Notes under the pieces: model-generated
Seen by the model: only the letters and a program-made list of their open reading frames with translations
Told to the model about the DNA's origin: nothing
Database searches by the model: none
In this document: positions 23,041 to 35,266 of the stretch, in pieces
Position numbering within the stretch: position 1 is the stretch's first letter
Layout of the letters: each line of letters begins with the position of its first letter
Made by a program: the position numbers and the translations under genes
NCBI GenBank assembly: GCA_043228905.1
Contig: JBHGNT010000022.1
Span: 12,586,001 to 12,650,000, forward strand
DNA from: Azolla caroliniana
Lineage: Eukaryota > Plantae > Polypodiophyta
Reading direction: 5' to 3'
Length of the DNA stretch: 64,000 nt

Positions 23041-26000
23041 GAAGAGGTCGTTGCCTCTGTGTATTACCGCCGCCTGTGGCGAAGACAGTGAGCTCAAGGT
23101 TGTTGCCTTGTAGCTTCACCATTGTACATCTCTGTGTATAGTGATAGTTGGAGTTTGAGGACTCCCGTGGTTTTTCCCATTTAGGGTTTTCCACGTAAAA
23201 CTCCCTGTGTACTCTTCTCTCTATTGTCTTCGTGCATTTTTTGTATTTCCCGTTTTCTGTGAGTTGATCCTATTCCTCGGTTGTGGCCGAGCACTGTGTT
23301 CAACAAGTGGTATCAGAGCGACGGCAGTGCAGAAAATGGAAGGCGGCGGCAGCGGGCAGCCGGGGATGATGGTGCTGAATGCGCAGAACTACGCCGACTG
23401 GAAGATAAAGATGGAGGATCTGCTCATTGTTCGGGACCTGTATGAACCGATCGACAGGTCGGAAATACCCAAGGGGGTACTTGAGACGGAATGGAGGCTT
23501 CTGAACCGGAAAGCCGTTGCAACCATTCGGCAATACGTCGACGTGAGCGTTCTACAACATGTGGCGAACGACACCAACGCATATGAGATGTGGCGGAAGC
23601 TGTCGGGCCTCTACGAGAGGAAGAATGCGTTGAACCGGACCTCCCTGATGAGGAAGATAGTGAACCTCAAGTACCGGGACGGCGAGAGTATGGTGGAACA
23701 CGTAAGCACGTTCATGGGATTCGTGAACCAGCTTGCGGCGATCAAGTTCCCGTTGGAGGATGCAATGCAAGCCATCATTCTGATGTGTACATTGCCGGAA
23801 AGCTGGGAGAACTTGGTGGTGACTCTCAGCACCTCCTGCACCGAAGATAACTTGTCTCTACAAACGGTAAAGACAAGCATTTTGAACGAAGAAGCGCGTC
23901 GGAGAGATAAAGAACCGGCCTCCGACTTGAAGGCGCTGCTTACCGAATCGGAACGGGGAAGACAATGGAACCGGAGTCCACAAAGACGGGAGAGGTCGGG
24001 GACCCGGTCGCAGTCAAGAGGAAGACCCACCTGCTTCCACTGTGGGAAGCCGGTGCACTTCCGGAAGAATTGTCGGCATTACCGAAAGGACAACGGAGCC
24101 GACGACACCGATTCGAAGAAGTCACCGGAGAGAAACGGTGCATACCGGGGAGCCACGGACCGGAGAGGTCCGGATCGGCGAGGGCAGGACCGGAAAGGAA
24201 CGACGACACTCGCGGCAAGTGAAGAAGAGATAATGCTCATTACCGAAGAGAGGGAGCTGAACCTTGCCGGTGAGGAGATGACCTGGGTGGTCGATTCCGG
24301 AGCGTCGTTCCACCTGACTCCGGAGAAGAAATACTTCTCATCCTACACAGCCGGTGAGCACGGCTGTGTCCGGATGGGAAATGAAGGCACATGCCGGATT
24401 GCCGGCATAGGAGCCGTGTGGCTGATGACATCAGCCGGATGCAAGATGCTGCTGAAGGATGTTCGACACGTTCCGGAGGTTCGATTGAACCTGATTTCGG
24501 CCGGGAGGCTAGACGATGAAGGCTACACGGGTAGCATCCGGAACGGTGTCATGAAGTTCAGCAAAGGGAGCCTGATAGTGGCTCGGGCCCGGAAGATCAA
24601 CACACTGTACCTGATGAATTCCCGGCTATGTCCGGAGGAGCTGAACGTGGCAGCCGACGCTATCGGTGAGCTGTGGCACAAGAGACTGTGCCACATGAGT
24701 GAGAAGGGGATGAAGAGGCTTGCAGAAGACAACCTTATTCCAGTGAAGCATGTGCACCTGGAGAAGTGCACCGACTGTCTGGCCGGTAAGCAAAACCGGA
24801 CCTCCTTCCACACAAGGCCACCGACGAGACGTAGCGCACCATTGGAGTTGGTGCACACTGACGTGTGTCAAGTAGAAACGAAGTCACATGGCGGAGCCCA
24901 GTACTTCGTGACATTCATTGATGACCACAGCCGGAAACTGTGGACGGCACCGTTGAAGACAAAGGACCAAGTATTGTCCGTCTTCAAAGAACTCCACGCG
25001 AGAGTGGAAAGGGAATCTGGCAAGAAGCTGAAAGCGATACGAGCGGATAACGGAGGGGAATACCGGGGGCAGTTCCAGGAGTACTGTCGCTCGAAGGGAA
25101 TCCGGCTCGAGTTCGGCTACCGAGTATGGGACCCGGTCGACAAGAAGATATTCAGGAGTCGAGATATCATCTTCATGGAGGACAAGACACTCGCCGACTG
25201 GGAGTCGGAGAAGAAGATGAAGAGCTCCAAGTCGACCGCTGAGGATCAACTCTACGAGGAGCAGTCCCGACCGGCAAGGGACCGGTTAGCACTCGAGGAT
25301 CCGGCCGAAGACGGTGAAGAAACAGAACCGGCCGAAGAAGATGAAAATGATACCGGAACCGGCCCCGATCCCGAAATGGATTCGGATGAAGAAGAATCGG
25401 AAGAACCGGTTACCGAAGCTCCGGAACGGAGATATCCTCTAAGAGAGAGAAGGGCCCCCCGGAGATTTCCGGAACCAAAGCACGTGCTGCTAACCGACGA
25501 GGGGGAGCCGGAGAGCTTTGAAGAAGCAAAGCATGACACCCAGAGCCGCAGGTGGTTGAGTGCCATGCAGGACAAGATGGATTCCCTGCATGAGAACCAC
25601 ACATATGAACTTGTGGAGTTGCCGAAAGGAAAGCAAGCACTTCGAAACAAGTGGGTGTTCAAGCTGAAACCGGGAGATGCCGGAAACCCCCCGAGATACA
25701 AAGCCAGGATCGTGGTGAAGGGGTTTCAGCAGAAGAAGGGCGTCGACTTCGACGAGATATTTGCCCCGGTAGTGAAGATGACCTCCATCCGGACGGTGCT
25801 GAGCATAGCGACAAGACTGGACCTCGAGGTAGAACAGATGGACGTGAAGACGGCATTCCTTCACGGTGACCTCGAAGAAGAGATCTACATGCAGCAACCG
25901 GAAGGATTCGAGAAGAAAGGGAAGGAGCACCTGGTATGCCGGTTGAAGAAGAGCCTTTACGGACTGAAGCAGGCTCCCCGGCAATGGTACCGGAAATTCG

Positions 26001-27729
26001 ACTCCTTCATGACCGACGAAGGGTACCACAAAACGCAGTCCGATCACTGCGTGTTTGTGAAGAAGTTCGAAGGAGGAGACTTTCTAATACTCCTCCTATA
26101 CGTGGACGACATGTTGATCGTCGGACGGGACCAGGTCAAGATACGGACGCTGAAGAAAGCGCTTCACCGAACCTTCTCAATGAAGGACCTGGGTCCGGCG
26201 AGGCAAATACTAGGGATGCACATCATCCGGGACCGGAAGAAGAAGCAGTTGTGGCTGTCACAGGAGAAGTACGTGACAAAGGTGCTTCACCGGTTCAACA
26301 TGTCAGAAGCAAGACCGGTCGGGTCAACCCTCCCGGCAAACTGCAAGCTGTCCAGCAAGCAAAGCCCCAAGACAAAGGCTGAGAAGGAGGACATGATGAA
26401 AGTACCATATGCCTCTGCCGTCGGAAGCTTGATGTACGCAATGGTGTGTACAAGACCGGACATAGGATATGCAGTCGGAGTGGTGAGCCGGTACATGAGC
26501 AATCCCGGCAAAGACCACTGGAACGCGGTCAAGTGGATACTCCGATACCTGAAGGGTACGGCAAACGTGTGCCTCCGATTCGGCTCCGGTAAGCCCGAAC
26601 TCGACGGCTTCACCGATTCGGATATGTCGGCTGATGAAGATACCAGCCGGTCCACATCAGGGTATGTGATGACGTATGCAGGGGGAGCTGTTTCGTGGCA
26701 GTCGAGGCTGCAGAAGACGGTTGCGTTGTCAACCACGGAGGCGGAGTACATGGCGGCTGTTGAAGCCGGCAAGGAAATAATATGCATGAAGGACTTCATT
26801 AGAGAGCTCGGTATCCGGCAAGAGGAGTACCGACTCTACTGCGACAGTCAGAGTGCCATCCACCTTGCGAAGAACGCGGCCTATCACTCCCGGACGAAGC
26901 ACATCCAGCGAAGATATCACTGGATCCGGGAAAGGATAGAAGACCAGGAGTTCGTGCTGACGAAGATCCACACGGAAGAGAACGGGTCAGATATGCTGAC
27001 CAAAGTGCTCACACCCGACAAGCTGGAAGCGTGCCGGAAGAGGGTCGGACTGGAAAGACATCCCATGCCGAAGTGAAGGGGGAGTTTGTTGGGATTTCGG
27101 TCCCTCCGGATGGGATGTCCGGAGATGAATGACGGCAAGCCCGGTTGCGGTTACGGAACCGGAGGATGAAGAGTGCCCGGTTACGGAGACGGATGATGAA
27201 GACCCCGGCTACGGAGCCGGATGACGAAGACCCGGCTACGGAGCCGGATGATGAATGTACCCGGAGAGAGATCCGGATGCGGGGACATATTTGTGAATAT
27301 GTTTGCCAAGGGCCCTTGAGGCCATATTTGTAAATAGCCCGAAAGTCATATGTGTATAAATATGACTTAGGGCAAATAGTTTGTGGTTGTTACTCATCTC
27401 TGATTTTCCACTTAGAGGGAGCTAAGTGAGTAGCCGAGAGAGAGAGAGAGAGAGAGAGAGAGCCGAAGAGGTCGTTGCCTCTGTGTATTACCGCCGCCTG
27501 TGGCGAAGACAGTGAGCTCAAGGTTGTTGCCTTGTAGCTTCACCATTGTACATCTCTGTGTATAGTGATAGTTGGAGTTTGAGGACTCCCGTGGTTTTTC
27601 CCATTTAGGGTTTTCCACGTAAAACTCCCTGTGTACTCTTCTCTCTATTGTCTTCGTGCATTTTTTGTATTTCCCGTTTTCTGTGAGTTGATCCTATTCC
27701 TCGGTTGTGGCCGAGCACTGTGTTCAACA
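22659..27729 (+). mobile_element. Element B: very young Ty1/copia (Tork-like) with an internal integrase deletion
   Basis: LTRs 22659-23305 and 27087-27729 differ visibly only in GA-run length; TSD CGATT; PBS tggtatcagagc 23308-23319; PPT gaagggggagtt. Confidence 0.97.
23336..27076 (+). CDS. Element B Gag-Pol polyprotein (1246 aa), open frame, lacking 111 aa of integrase
   Basis: Gag NYADWK, CCHC knuckle, DSGASFH, WHKRLCH, HTDV/DNGGEY, YVDD, RNase H; GIRLEF is fused directly to GYRVWDP. Confidence 0.92.
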   Translation: MEGGGSGQPGMMVLNAQNYADWKIKMEDLLIVRDLYEPIDRSEIPKGVLETEWRLLNRKAVATIRQYVDVSVLQHVANDTNAYEMWRKLSGLYERKNALNRTSLMRKIVNLKYRDGESMVEHVSTFMGFVNQLAAIKFPLEDAMQAIILMCTLPESWENLVVTLSTSCTEDNLSLQTVKTSILNEEARRRDKEPASDLKALLTESERGRQWNRSPQRRERSGTRSQSRGRPTCFHCGKPVHFRKNCRHYRKDNGADDTDSKKSPERNGAYRGATDRRGPDRRGQDRKGTTTLAASEEEIMLITEERELNLAGEEMTWVVDSGASFHLTPEKKYFSSYTAGEHGCVRMGNEGTCRIAGIGAVWLMTSAGCKMLLKDVRHVPEVRLNLISAGRLDDEGYTGSIRNGVMKFSKGSLIVARARKINTLYLMNSRLCPEELNVAADAIGELWHKRLCHMSEKGMKRLAEDNLIPVKHVHLEKCTDCLAGKQNRTSFHTRPPTRRSAPLELVHTDVCQVETKSHGGAQYFVTFIDDHSRKLWTAPLKTKDQVLSVFKELHARVERESGKKLKAIRADNGGEYRGQFQEYCRSKGIRLEFGYRVWDPVDKKIFRSRDIIFMEDKTLADWESEKKMKSSKSTAEDQLYEEQSRPARDRLALEDPAEDGEETEPAEEDENDTGTGPDPEMDSDEEESEEPVTEAPERRYPLRERRAPRRFPEPKHVLLTDEGEPESFEEAKHDTQSRRWLSAMQDKMDSLHENHTYELVELPKGKQALRNKWVFKLKPGDAGNPPRYKARIVVKGFQQKKGVDFDEIFAPVVKMTSIRTVLSIATRLDLEVEQMDVKTAFLHGDLEEEIYMQQPEGFEKKGKEHLVCRLKKSLYGLKQAPRQWYRKFDSFMTDEGYHKTQSDHCVFVKKFEGGDFLILLLYVDDMLIVGRDQVKIRTLKKALHRTFSMKDLGPARQILGMHIIRDRKKKQLWLSQEKYVTKVLHRFNMSEARPVGSTLPANCKLSSKQSPKTKAEKEDMMKVPYASAVGSLMYAMVCTRPDIGYAVGVVSRYMSNPGKDHWNAVKWILRYLKGTANVCLRFGSGKPELDGFTDSDMSADEDTSRSTSGYVMTYAGGAVSWQSRLQKTVALSTTEAEYMAAVEAGKEIICMKDFIRELGIRQEEYRLYCDSQSAIHLAKNAAYHSRTKHIQRRYHWIRERIEDQEFVLTKIHTEENGSDMLTKVLTPDKLEACRKRVGLERHPMPK

Positions 27730-29962
27730 CGATTCGCTTCCGACATGCATCCAGCTTGTCGGGTATCAGTGCTTTGGTTAGCATATCTGACCCGTTCTCG
27801 TCCGTGTGGATCTTCGTAAGCACGAACTGTCGATCTTGTACTCGCTCCCGGATCCAGTGATACCTACGCTGGATGTGCGTCGTCTTGGAATGGTACGTTG
27901 CGTTCTTAGCAAGGTGGATGGCACTTTGACTATCGCAATAGAGCCGGTATTCATCTTGCCAGATACCGAGCTCACCGATGAAGTCCATCCATAATATTTC
28001 CTTGCCGGCTTCCACAGCCGCCATGTACTCCGCCTCCGTGGTTGACAACGCAACCGTCTTTTGCAGCCTTGATTGCCATGAAACAGCTCCCCCTGCATAT
28101 GTCATTATATACCCGGATGTAGACCGGCTGGTATCCACATCAGCCGACATGTTCGAATCGGTAAAACCGTCAAGTTGAGGTTTACCGGAGCCGAATCGGA
28201 GACACATATTCGAAGTGCCCTTCAAGTACCAGAGTATCCATTTGACCGCGTTCCAGTGCTCCTTGCCGGGATTGCTCATAAACCGGCTCACCACTCTGAT
28301 TGCGTATCTAATATCCGGCCGACTACACACCATTGCGTACATCAAGCTCCCGACGGCAGAGGCATATGGAACCTTCACCATATCCGCCTTCTCTGCTTTT
28401 GTCTTCGGGCTTTGCTTACCGGATAGTCTGCAGTTTGCTGGGAGTGTCGATCCGATCGGTTTCGCTTCTAACATGTTGAACCGCTAAAGCACCTCTGTCA
28501 CGTATTTCTCCTGTGACAGCCACAATTCCTTCGTTGACCGGTCCCGGATGATGTGCATCCCCAGTATCTGTCTTGCCGGGCCCAAGTCTTTCATTGCGAA
28601 GGTTCGATTGAGAGCCTTCTTCAGCATCTGTATTTTGGCTTGGTCTCGTTTGACAATCAACATGTCGTCCACGTACAGAAGGAGTATCAGGAAGTCGCCT
28701 CCTTCGAACTTCTTCACAAACACGCAATGATCGGCCTGCGTCTTGTGGTACCCTTGATCGGCCATGAAGGAGTCGAACTTCCGGTACCATTGTCGGGGAA
28801 CCTGCTTCAGTCCGTACAGGCTCTTCTTCAACCGGAAAACCAAGTGCTCCTTCCCTTTCTCCACGAATCATTCCGGTTGCTGCATGTAGATCTCCTCTTC
28901 GAGGTCACCGTGAAGGAATGTCGTCTTGACGTCCAGCTGCTCTACCTCAAGGTCCGTGCTTGCCACTATACTCAGCATCGTCCGGATGGAGGTCATCTTT
29001 ACTACTGGGGCAAATATCTCGTTGAAGTCCACACCCTTCTTCTGCTGGAACCGCTTCACCACGATCCTGGCTTTGTATCTCGGGGGGTTGTCGGCATCTC
29101 CCGGTTTCAACTTGTACACCCACTTGTTTCGGAGTGCCCGCTTTCCTTTCGGCAACTCCACCAATTCGTACGTATGGTTCTCATGCAGGGAATCCATCTC
29201 ATCCTGCATGGCACTTAACCATTTGCGGTTGTGGGTGTCATCCTTCGCTTCTTCGAAGCTTTCCGGCTCTCCCTCATCGGTCAGCAGCACATGCTCTGCA
29301 TCCGGAAATCTCCGGTGGACCCTTCTCTCTCTGAGAAGATATCTCCGTTTTTGGTCTTCGGCAACCGGCTCCACTATTCGTTCTTCATCCGAATCCGATT
29401 CGGGGTCTTGGTTGGTTCCGATTTCAGCTTCCTCTACTTCTTCTTTAGCCGGTTCGATATCCTCACCGTAACCAGTTGGTTCCTCAAGTGTCAACCAGCT
29501 CTTAGCCGGGTGGGTCCGAATCTCATCGGAGTTCATTATCTTCTTCTCCGACTCCCAGTCGGCAAGAGTCTTGTCCTCCATGAAGATAATATCTCAGCTC
29601 CGGAAAGCCTTCTTGTCAACCGGATCCCACACTCGGTAGCCGAACTCATCATCTCCGTATCCGAGGAATATGCATGGCCGGGTCTTTGGATCCAACTTTC
29701 CTCTCCGGTCCTTAGCAACATGCACGTACACGAGACACCCGAACACCTTTAGATGCCGGTAGGACACTTCCTTACCGGTCCACACCTTCTGCGGTGTGGC
29801 TCCATCCAAGGGCACTAAGGGTGATCTATTTATCACATACGTCGTTGTCGACAGCGCCTCAACCCAAAACGTCTTGGGTAATTTTGCATGCGCTAGCATA
29901 CTCCCGACCCTCTCCATTATGGTCCGGTTCATCCTCTCGGCCAGCCCGTTTAGTTCTAGCGT

Positions 29963-32900
29963 TGTCGTGAAGAAAACCGCCCACAAGAGGAATCGGAGGA
30001 ACAAGGCGTGGGAAACGGCTCTACACACACGCGCGCGCCAAGAAGTACCTAAGGACGAAGTAGGTACATACGAGGATCCTAGGTGGGCAGATTCGGTTGG
30101 TATGCAGTTAATGCCAAACGGCCTCTTGACGGGCTATAAAAGGAAGAGGAAGAATAGAAGTCGGACATCTCCCGCGGAGAGGACAAAGTGCTGCCGAACC
30201 GATTTCGGAGCTTCTCTCTCACTCCTGCTCTCTCTGTCTTCTGCTCCATCGCGTACCTGTGCAGGTTTCGAGGAGGCTTGCGTTGTTCCGTGGAACGCCC
30301 CGAGTGCGTCCTGCAGCACCTCCGACCTGTTTTCCCTTTCTGTGCGTCGCGACATACAGGGGTCGGCAGCTGTCCGCCGCCCTGTTCGTTTCCGTTAGTA
30401 TCTATTTTGTGCCCCACCGTGGGTTGTAATACTTTAGTCTGTTATTTTCTTGCATTCATAAGTACATATCTCTCGTTGTTGCGTCCATCTGCGTCGGCGT
30501 TTATTTGTGATCTCTGTTTGTTGGGCCGTGTCCCTGTGCAATCGTCGGTTCTGCGCAATCGGATCTTCGGTCCTGTGTAATCGGGTCTCTCTCTCTTACT
30601 CCTCTCTCTCTTGCTCTTCGGTTCGAGACCCCCGTGGTCCCTCCTCCTTTCTACACGCAAGGGCGTAAAAAACCCCGACATCTTGGTGAACCCGACGTGA
30701 AAGAGGCGGCAGAAAAGTAGGAAATGAAGGGGGCGGATCTTGCAGAGGCCATGGCTTCGGCCGTGGATCGGATAGTAAGCGCGCGCGAGGGCACCGGCGC
30801 CCTCGATAGAGCTATTGAGGCGGTCGTCGGAACGATCGGTCGATTCACCGGAAAAGATGCCACGAAGTACCTGGCGTCCTACGGTGCGGAAATGTTAATG
30901 CGGGACATTCCGGAAGACAGGCGTCTTGCCGGTTTTCCCCGAGTGGCGATGCCGAGCATTCACGCGGAGGTGCTCGAGGTGCGGGCGGAGAGCCGTACCT
31001 GGGAGGAGTTCGAAGGTCGGCTCCTGGAGAAATACGGACTGGACGACGCGCTCCGGCTTTCGAAGCGAAGCTTCATGGAGTGGGTGGAGTCTCCCGGGAA
31101 AGGAAGGAATGCGTCGGCACTCCTCTGGGAGTTCGAGGAGAACTTCGCGCGCCTTTCGGCGCTTGACAGGATGGTCCTGGATACAAGCCGGGTCCTGCTG
31201 TTCGTCAAATCGGTTGACGAGAGGGATCGGAGTCACGTGGGCGCCCTGCTAGAAACCGAAGACGGGCTGACAGCCGACTGGGCGGCGGTCAAGAGAGCCT
31301 GCGGCCGTTTCGACAAACGGCGAGAATGGGAGGATGACAGAGCAACCGGTTCGGGCTCAGTCGCGGCGAGGAAACTCGAGCCGGCGCAGCCGGTGCGAAG
31401 GGAAGAGACTCGGGAGTGGCTGGAATCCGGTTCAGCTCCGACCGGCGTGATCAGAGGCTCGACTGGAGGAGCTGCGTTGGAGGAACTGACGAGGGCGATA
31501 AAAGACCTCCAAATCGCACAGGCCCGCAGAGAAGACGGAGGACCTGCTCGTGACCGACGGCCGGCGGCAGGGAACAGGTGCATGTGGTGCGACGGGGTCG
31601 GCCACATCCGAAAAGACTGCGGCGATTTCGCAGAGGCGCTGAGGAACCGGGTGGTGTACCTATGGGAAGGCCGGGTTCACGCCAACGACACGAGAAGGGC
31701 CCTAAACCGAAACGACGGGCGAGGCGGAATGAAGAAGTTGATGGAGCTGCTGAGGCAGAAAGTTGATATGGGAATTCTCGAGCCGTCGAGCGCCCCATAT
31801 TCGAATCGATGGTTTACCGTACCGAAGAAAAACGGTTCGTTGCGCTTCATCCAGGACCTGCAGCCGGTCAATCGAGTGACCATTCGGAACGCAGGGATCG
31901 GGCCGACCATAGACGAGTTCGCGGAGGCCTTCGCCGGAAGGTCAATTTACTCGGTCGGGGATCTATACTCAGGGTACGACCAGTTCCAGCTTGCCGTGGA
32001 GAGCAGAGACATTACGACGATGCGAACTCCCCTCGGCCTAGTTCGGATGTGTACACTGCCGCAAGGAGGGACCAACTCGGTGGCCCACATGGTGAATGCG
32101 ATGAACAAGGTTCTGAGGGACTGCATCCCGGACATCACCATGCCATTTCTGGACGACATCCCGATCAAGGGATGCCCGGTGGAAGAAAAGGACGAGACGA
32201 TCGGGCCGGACGGATGCCGGCGATTCGTGGCGACGCACATCGACGACTGCGAGAAGGTACTGCAAAGGCTAGAGGATGCGAGACTCACCTTCTCCGGGGA
32301 GAAGTCGGCCTTCGGGCAGTCAGAGATCATGGTGGTCGGACACCTGTGCGGACCATATGGCCGGAAACCGTCTCCGGCAAAGGTAGAAGCCATCTCCGCG
32401 ATGAAGCCCGACTGCAGCTCGGTCACGGAAGTACGGAGATTCCTGGGGGCATGCGCGTTCTATCACATATGGATCCCGCATTACGCACACGTCGCGGAGC
32501 CACTGTACGGGTTGCTGAAAAAGGGGCGAAGGTTCGAATGGCTAGACGAGCACGCGGAATCGGTCCGGAAGCTGAAAGAGGCCCTTGCAGCGGCACCGGC
32601 ACTCCGGAAGGCGGTATACGGGAAGGGTACCCCGGTATTCATAACGGTGGATACCAGTCCGACCGGGATCGGATGGGTCGTGAACCAGGAAGACGAGGAC
32701 GGCAATCGGTTTCCGATCCGATTCGGCGCGAAAGTCCTCAGTGAACGGCAGCGAGGATACGCCCAGGTTAAACGCGAACTCTGGGGTATTGTTTCGGCGG
32801 CTAAGGCCGACAAAGACTACCTGATAGGGACGGAAGTGATCATCGAGACGGATTGCCTGCCGATTCTCGGTATGGTTTCCGGATGCGCGACTCCGGACCT

Positions 32901-35266
32901 GGCGATGCTCAGGTGGGTAGCGTACATCAAGTCCCTGGACCCGGAAATACGACACATTTCCGGGAAAGACAACGCCATGGCCGACATGCTTTCGAGGGCG
33001 AGGTTCGACGACGAGGGCGGCATGGTTTCGGAAGACGAAGAAGTCGGCGTGGATTTCTTCGAGGCGGCATACATAACGACCGACGGGATGAGCACTCCGG
33101 CGCTTAACGAGTTCGACGCGAGCAAGTACGACGGGGAGTGGCTGCAGATCGGCGGGTTTTTGAAGACAATGACGCCCGATGCGTCATTGACGAAGGACGA
33201 GGCCAACCGGATCCGGAAGAAAGCATATCGATTCCTTCTCCGAGATGGGCATTTGTGGAAGCACCCGAAGAAGAGGAACGGCGTCCCGCTCCGGGTGGTG
33301 GCGATGAAGGAAGAACAGGAGGAGCTACTGGCGGCCTACCACGACAGCCCTTGGGCTGGACACCGTGGAACGTGGGCGACGTTTGAGAAGCTGAAGGGGA
33401 AGTACTGGTGGCCGGGATTGTACCGGGACGTGCATCGGTTCGTGTCAACTTGCGAGAGTTGTCAGATGCACTCGATAGTCCGACACCGGGACGGGCTTCA
33501 CCCTACGTACCCTCCGACTATCCACTTCAAATGGATGGTAGATCTGGTGACGATGCCGATGGGGGTAGGACAGACGCGGTATCTGGTCCTAGCGCGGGAA
33601 GACCTGACGAACCAGGTGGAAGGCCGAGCCCTTCAGAACAAGACGACCGCGGCCGTGTGTCGGTTCCTAGTCGAGGACGTGATATGCCGGTACGGGTGCG
33701 TCGGGAAGATCGTGGCTGACCGAGGGGAGTTGGACGCCGAAGAGGCCGCGGAGCTGTTCGACCGGCTTGGAGTCAAGCTCTCGCTCACCACTGCGTACAA
33801 TCCGGAGGCGAATGGCAAGGTGGAGCGCGGACACGGACCGATCGTCAAGGCGTTGATTCGGGCATGCGGGGGCTGAGTCGGTAACTGGCCGCGGTTGCTA
33901 CCTTATGCTTTGTGGGCAGACCGGACCACGCACAGTTCGGTAACCGGGTACATGCCGACGGAGCTCATGTTCGGCCAGAAGCCGATCATGCCGATTGAAC
34001 GGACGATCTCCTCGTGGGCAACGGTCGACTGGAGGGACGAGATGAGCCGGGAGGAGTTGTTGGCCGCACGTATACGACAGCTCGAGCGGAGACCGGAGGA
34101 CGTGGCACTGGCTACGGAGAAGCTCCGGGTGGCGAGGACAAAGAACAAAGCCCGGTTCGACCGAACGCACCGGCTACGACCGAAGAAAATCGACGAAGGT
34201 GACTGGGTGCTCGTCTACGACAGCAGCCTCGACAACCAGCACCGAGCAACGCGGAAGTTCGCACGGAGATGGTTCGGGCCGTACACGGTACAGAGCGCCA
34301 ACGACAACGGGACGTATCATCTGGCGGAACTCGACGGAACGAGAATAGCGATACCCGTGGCCGGGAAGAGGATCAAAGCTTTCAAGAAGCGGCACGACGA
34401 CGAACCTGACCCGATTCTCCTGGATAGCAGCGACGACCGATCCGAGGCCGAGGAAGGGCCGGCAGGCGAAGAGTAAAGGCGGGCCGGTTTTCTCCGTGCC
34501 AACTCAATTTGGCGCATGCCGGCGGATGCGCGGTTAGGTGGGGGCGGATGTCGTGAAGAAAACCGCCCACAAGAGGAATCGGAGGAACAAGGCGTGGGAA
34601 ACGGCTCTACACACACACGCGCGCCAAGAAGTACCTAAGGACGAAGTAGGTACATACGAGGATCCTAGGTGGGCAGATTCGGTTGGTATGCAGTTAATGC
34701 CAAACGGCCTCTTGACGGGCTATAAAAGGAAGAGGAAGAATAGAAGTCGGACATCTCCCGCGGAGAGGACAAAGTGCTGCCGAACCGATTTCGGAGCTTC
34801 TCTCTCACTCCTGCTCTCTCTGTCTTCTGCTCCATCGCGTACCTGTGCAGGTTTCGAGGAGGCTTGCGCTGTTCCGTGGAACGCCCCGAGTGCGTCCTGC
34901 AGCACCTCCGACCTGTTTTCCCTTTCTGTGCGTCGCGACATACAGGGGTCGGCAGCTGTCCGCCGCCCTGTTCGTTTCCGTTAGTATCTATTTTGTGCCC
35001 CACCGTGGGTTGTAATACTTTAGTCTGTTATTTTCTTGCATTCATAAGTACATATCTCTCGTTGTTGCGTCCATCTGCGTCGGCGTTTATTTGTGATCTC
35101 TGTTTGTTGGGCCGTGTCCCTGTGCAATCGTCGGTTCTGCGCAATCGGATCTTCGGTCCTGTGTAATCGGGTCTCTCTCTCTTACTCCTCTCTCTCTTGC
35201 TCTTCGGTTCGAGACCCCCGTGGTCCCTCCTCCTTTCTACACGCAAGGGCGTAAAAAACCCCGACA
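29963..35266 (+). mobile_element. Element F: young Phygy-like Ty3/gypsy with an internal protease deletion, inserted in the C integrase
   Basis: 718-bp LTRs 29963-30680 and 34549-35266 (about 2 differences); TSD GCGT; tRNA-Trp PBS 30684-30701. Confidence 0.96.
30724..34476 (+). pseudogene. Element F fused Gag-RT-RH-IN frame with one stop at 33874-33876
   Basis: CMWCDGVGHIRKDC, then GGMKKLMELLRQKVDMG directly into RT; FLDD; HHCC; DRGE; no aspartic protease motif. Confidence 0.9.

Noticed and set aside
30575-30630. Sense-strand GGTTCGAGACC in U5 of F (and near 63301) as another tRNA-like module
   Set aside because: The A box is weak, spacing is off, and strand and position differ from the other four.
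23300-34616. Many antisense and alternate-frame ORFs over gag-pol
   Set aside because: Shadow ORFs expected in GC-rich coding DNA; none shows independent motifs.
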